A stretch of 18,756 bases of DNA from a virus (Duplodnaviria; Heunggongvirae; Uroviricota; Caudoviricetes). Position numbers and translations under genes: made by a program. The stretch is from the IMG/VR virus record IMGVR_UViG_2660237951_000012, positions 1-18,756 of that record; one strand, 5' to 3'. This document shows, piece by piece, positions 17,160-18,756 of the stretch. The stretch's first letter is position 1. Every line of letters begins with the position of its first letter. A model generated the notes under the pieces. It had not been told where the DNA came from and made no database searches. It saw only the letters and a program-made list of their open reading frames with translations.

Positions 17160-17222
17160 GTCGATGTGGTCAATGTGTGGACGTGACCAGAAATAAATCC
17201 TTTTATTTCATTGTATTACGCG

Positions 17223-17250
17223 TAAAAAATAAGCCCGTGTAAGGGAGATT
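17223..17250 (+). repeat. attR core of the P2-like prophage
   Basis: Exact copy of 889..916; overlaps the 3' terminator end of cyaR on the opposite strand. Confidence 0.85.
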
Positions 17251-17310
17251 ACACAGGCTAAGGAGGTGGTTCCTGGTACAGCTAGCATTTTATGGGTTAT
17301 GTTTTTCAGC
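17224..17310 (-). ncRNA. cyaR: CyaR (RyeE) Hfq-dependent small RNA
   Basis: Minus strand reads GCTGAAAAACATAACCCATAAAATGCTAGCTGTACCAGGAACCACCTCCTTAGCCTGTGTAATCTCCCTTACACGGGCTTATTTTTT, matching CyaR as remembered, including the terminator that forms the P2 att core. Confidence 0.85.
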
Positions 17311-17360
17311 GAAACGGATGATAACCTTAATAAATGCAGCTGTATGTGATCGGTTTCTAA
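17311..17360 (-). promoter_or_regulatory. cyaR promoter with CRP-like site
   Basis: On the minus strand, a -10 TATCAT lies 7 nt upstream of the RNA 5' end and TTAGAAACCGATCACA (TCACA half-site) sits around -40. CyaR is known to be CRP-activated. Confidence 0.55.
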
Positions 17361-17394
17361 GAATTTTCCATCCGGGAAAAATAATCGAAATTAA

Positions 17395-18756
17395 TCACTT
17401 ACCGTGTGGGTTACGCGTGGTTTCCCCGGAGAAATTACGCATCAGCAGCGCGTAATTTAGCTCAAGATCCTGCGGCACCGGGAGCCACACAGTATAACCA
17501 TCGCCTGGTGCTACCGGCATAGCTTCGCCTTTGGCGTTTTCCATGTGCTCAAGGGTAAAGTTAATGTTGCCTTGCGGCGTCATCAGCTCAAGGCTGTCGC
17601 CAACGGAGAATTTATTTTTCACTGCTACCGCCGCGAGGTCCCCCTTGCGCTCACCGGTAAACTCACCAACAAACTGCTGGCGGTCAGAAACCGAATAACC
17701 GTATTCGTAGTTCTGATAATCGTCGTGAGTATGACGACGCAGGAAACCTTCGGTATAGCCACGATGCGCCAGACCTTCCAGAGTTTCCAGCAGGCTGGTA
17801 TCGAACGGTTTGCCCGCAGCGGCATCATCGATAGCTTTACGATAAACCTGTGCGGTGCGTGCGCAATAGTAGAAAGATTTAGTACGGCCTTCGATCTTCA
17901 GCGAATGCACGCCCATTTTGGTCAGGCGCTCAACGTGGGCGATGGCACGCAGATCTTTCGAGTTCATAATGTAAGTGCCGTGTTCGTCTTCAAACGCGGT
18001 CATATACTCGCCCGGACGCTGGGCCTCTTCGATCATAAACACTTTGTCGGTTGGCGCGCCAATACCAAGCGTCGGCTCAACGTTTTGCACCGGAATCGGC
18101 TCGTACTTGTGTACGATGTTGCCGACGTCATCTTCTTTACCTTCCTGTACGTTGTACTCCCAGCGGCAGGCATTGGTGCAGGTTCCCTGGTTCGGGTCGC
18201 GTTTGTTAATGTAGCCCGAGAGCAGGCAGCGGCCGGAGTAGGCCATGCACAGTGCGCCGTGAACGAAGATCTCGATCTCCATATCCGGCACCTGATTGCG
18301 GATCTCTTCAATCTCTTCCAGCGACAGCTCGCGAGAGAGGATCACGCGGGTCAGGCCCATTTGCTGCCAGAATTTCACCGTCGCCCAGTTTACGGCGTTA
18401 GCCTGCACCGAGAGGTGGATCGGCATTTCAGGGAAGTGCTCACGCACCAGCATAATCAGCCCTGGATCGGACATAATCAGCGCATCCGGCCCCATTTCCA
18501 CCACCGGTTTCAGGTCACGGATAAAGGTTTTCAGCTTGGCGTTGTGCGGGGCAATGTTGACCACGACATAAAACTTTTTCCCCAGCGCGTGGGCTTCATT
18601 GATGCCGAGCTGAAGATTTTCGTGGTTGAATTCGTTGTTGCGCACACGCAGGGAGTAACGCGGCTGGCCCGCATAAACAGCATCTGCGCCATAAGCGAAA
18701 GCGTAACGCATATTTTTCAGCGTTCCCGCCGGGGAAAGGAGTTCCGGTTTAAACAT
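17395..18756 (-). CDS. yegQ: U32-family peptidase-like protein YegQ (TrhP)
   Basis: 453 aa, MFKPELLSPAGTLKNMRYAFAYGADAVYAGQPRYSLRVRNNEF... matches remembered E. coli YegQ; the start codon sits at the last bases of the window. Confidence 0.93.
   Translation of the reverse strand: MFKPELLSPAGTLKNMRYAFAYGADAVYAGQPRYSLRVRNNEFNHENLQLGINEAHALGKKFYVVVNIAPHNAKLKTFIRDLKPVVEMGPDALIMSDPGLIMLVREHFPEMPIHLSVQANAVNWATVKFWQQMGLTRVILSRELSLEEIEEIRNQVPDMEIEIFVHGALCMAYSGRCLLSGYINKRDPNQGTCTNACRWEYNVQEGKEDDVGNIVHKYEPIPVQNVEPTLGIGAPTDKVFMIEEAQRPGEYMTAFEDEHGTYIMNSKDLRAIAHVERLTKMGVHSLKIEGRTKSFYYCARTAQVYRKAIDDAAAGKPFDTSLLETLEGLAHRGYTEGFLRRHTHDDYQNYEYGYSVSDRQQFVGEFTGERKGDLAAVAVKNKFSVGDSLELMTPQGNINFTLEHMENAKGEAMPVAPGDGYTVWLPVPQDLELNYALLMRNFSGETTRNPHGK

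Larger units (their letters stand above)
889..17250. mobile_element. defective, rearranged P2-like prophage
   Basis: Bounded by the 28-bp direct repeats; contains int, C, cox, A, cos, Q, G, D, ogr and fragments of I, J, P, H, FI/U. About 16.4 kb versus about 33.6 kb for P2. Confidence 0.9.

Noticed and set aside
17625-18571. ORFs 17625..17828(-), 17975..18214(+), 18033..18311(-) and 18296..18571(+)
   Set aside because: Nested within yegQ in alternative frames or antisense.

Overview
The window is a defective, internally rearranged P2-like prophage (about 16.4 kb, 889..17250) integrated at the enterobacterial cyaR/yegQ attachment site and bounded by a perfect 28-bp direct repeat. All identifications come from reading the translations and from recalled P2 protein sequences; nothing was searched or computed. 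Recognisable P2 genes are int, C, cox, A, Q, G, D and ogr, with fragments of I, J, P, H and an FI/U fusion; capsid, lysis and most tail genes are missing, and the block between cox and the tail-fibre gene is inverted. The best candidate for a new system is an AT-rich 835-aa protein between the Q terminator and the cos site, whose N-terminus carries SIR2-type motifs followed by a P-loop NTPase and TPR-like repeats. A second AT-rich cargo island at the P2 Z/fun position carries three unannotatable genes. Host flanks are a small lipoprotein gene on the left and the CyaR sRNA plus yegQ on the right.
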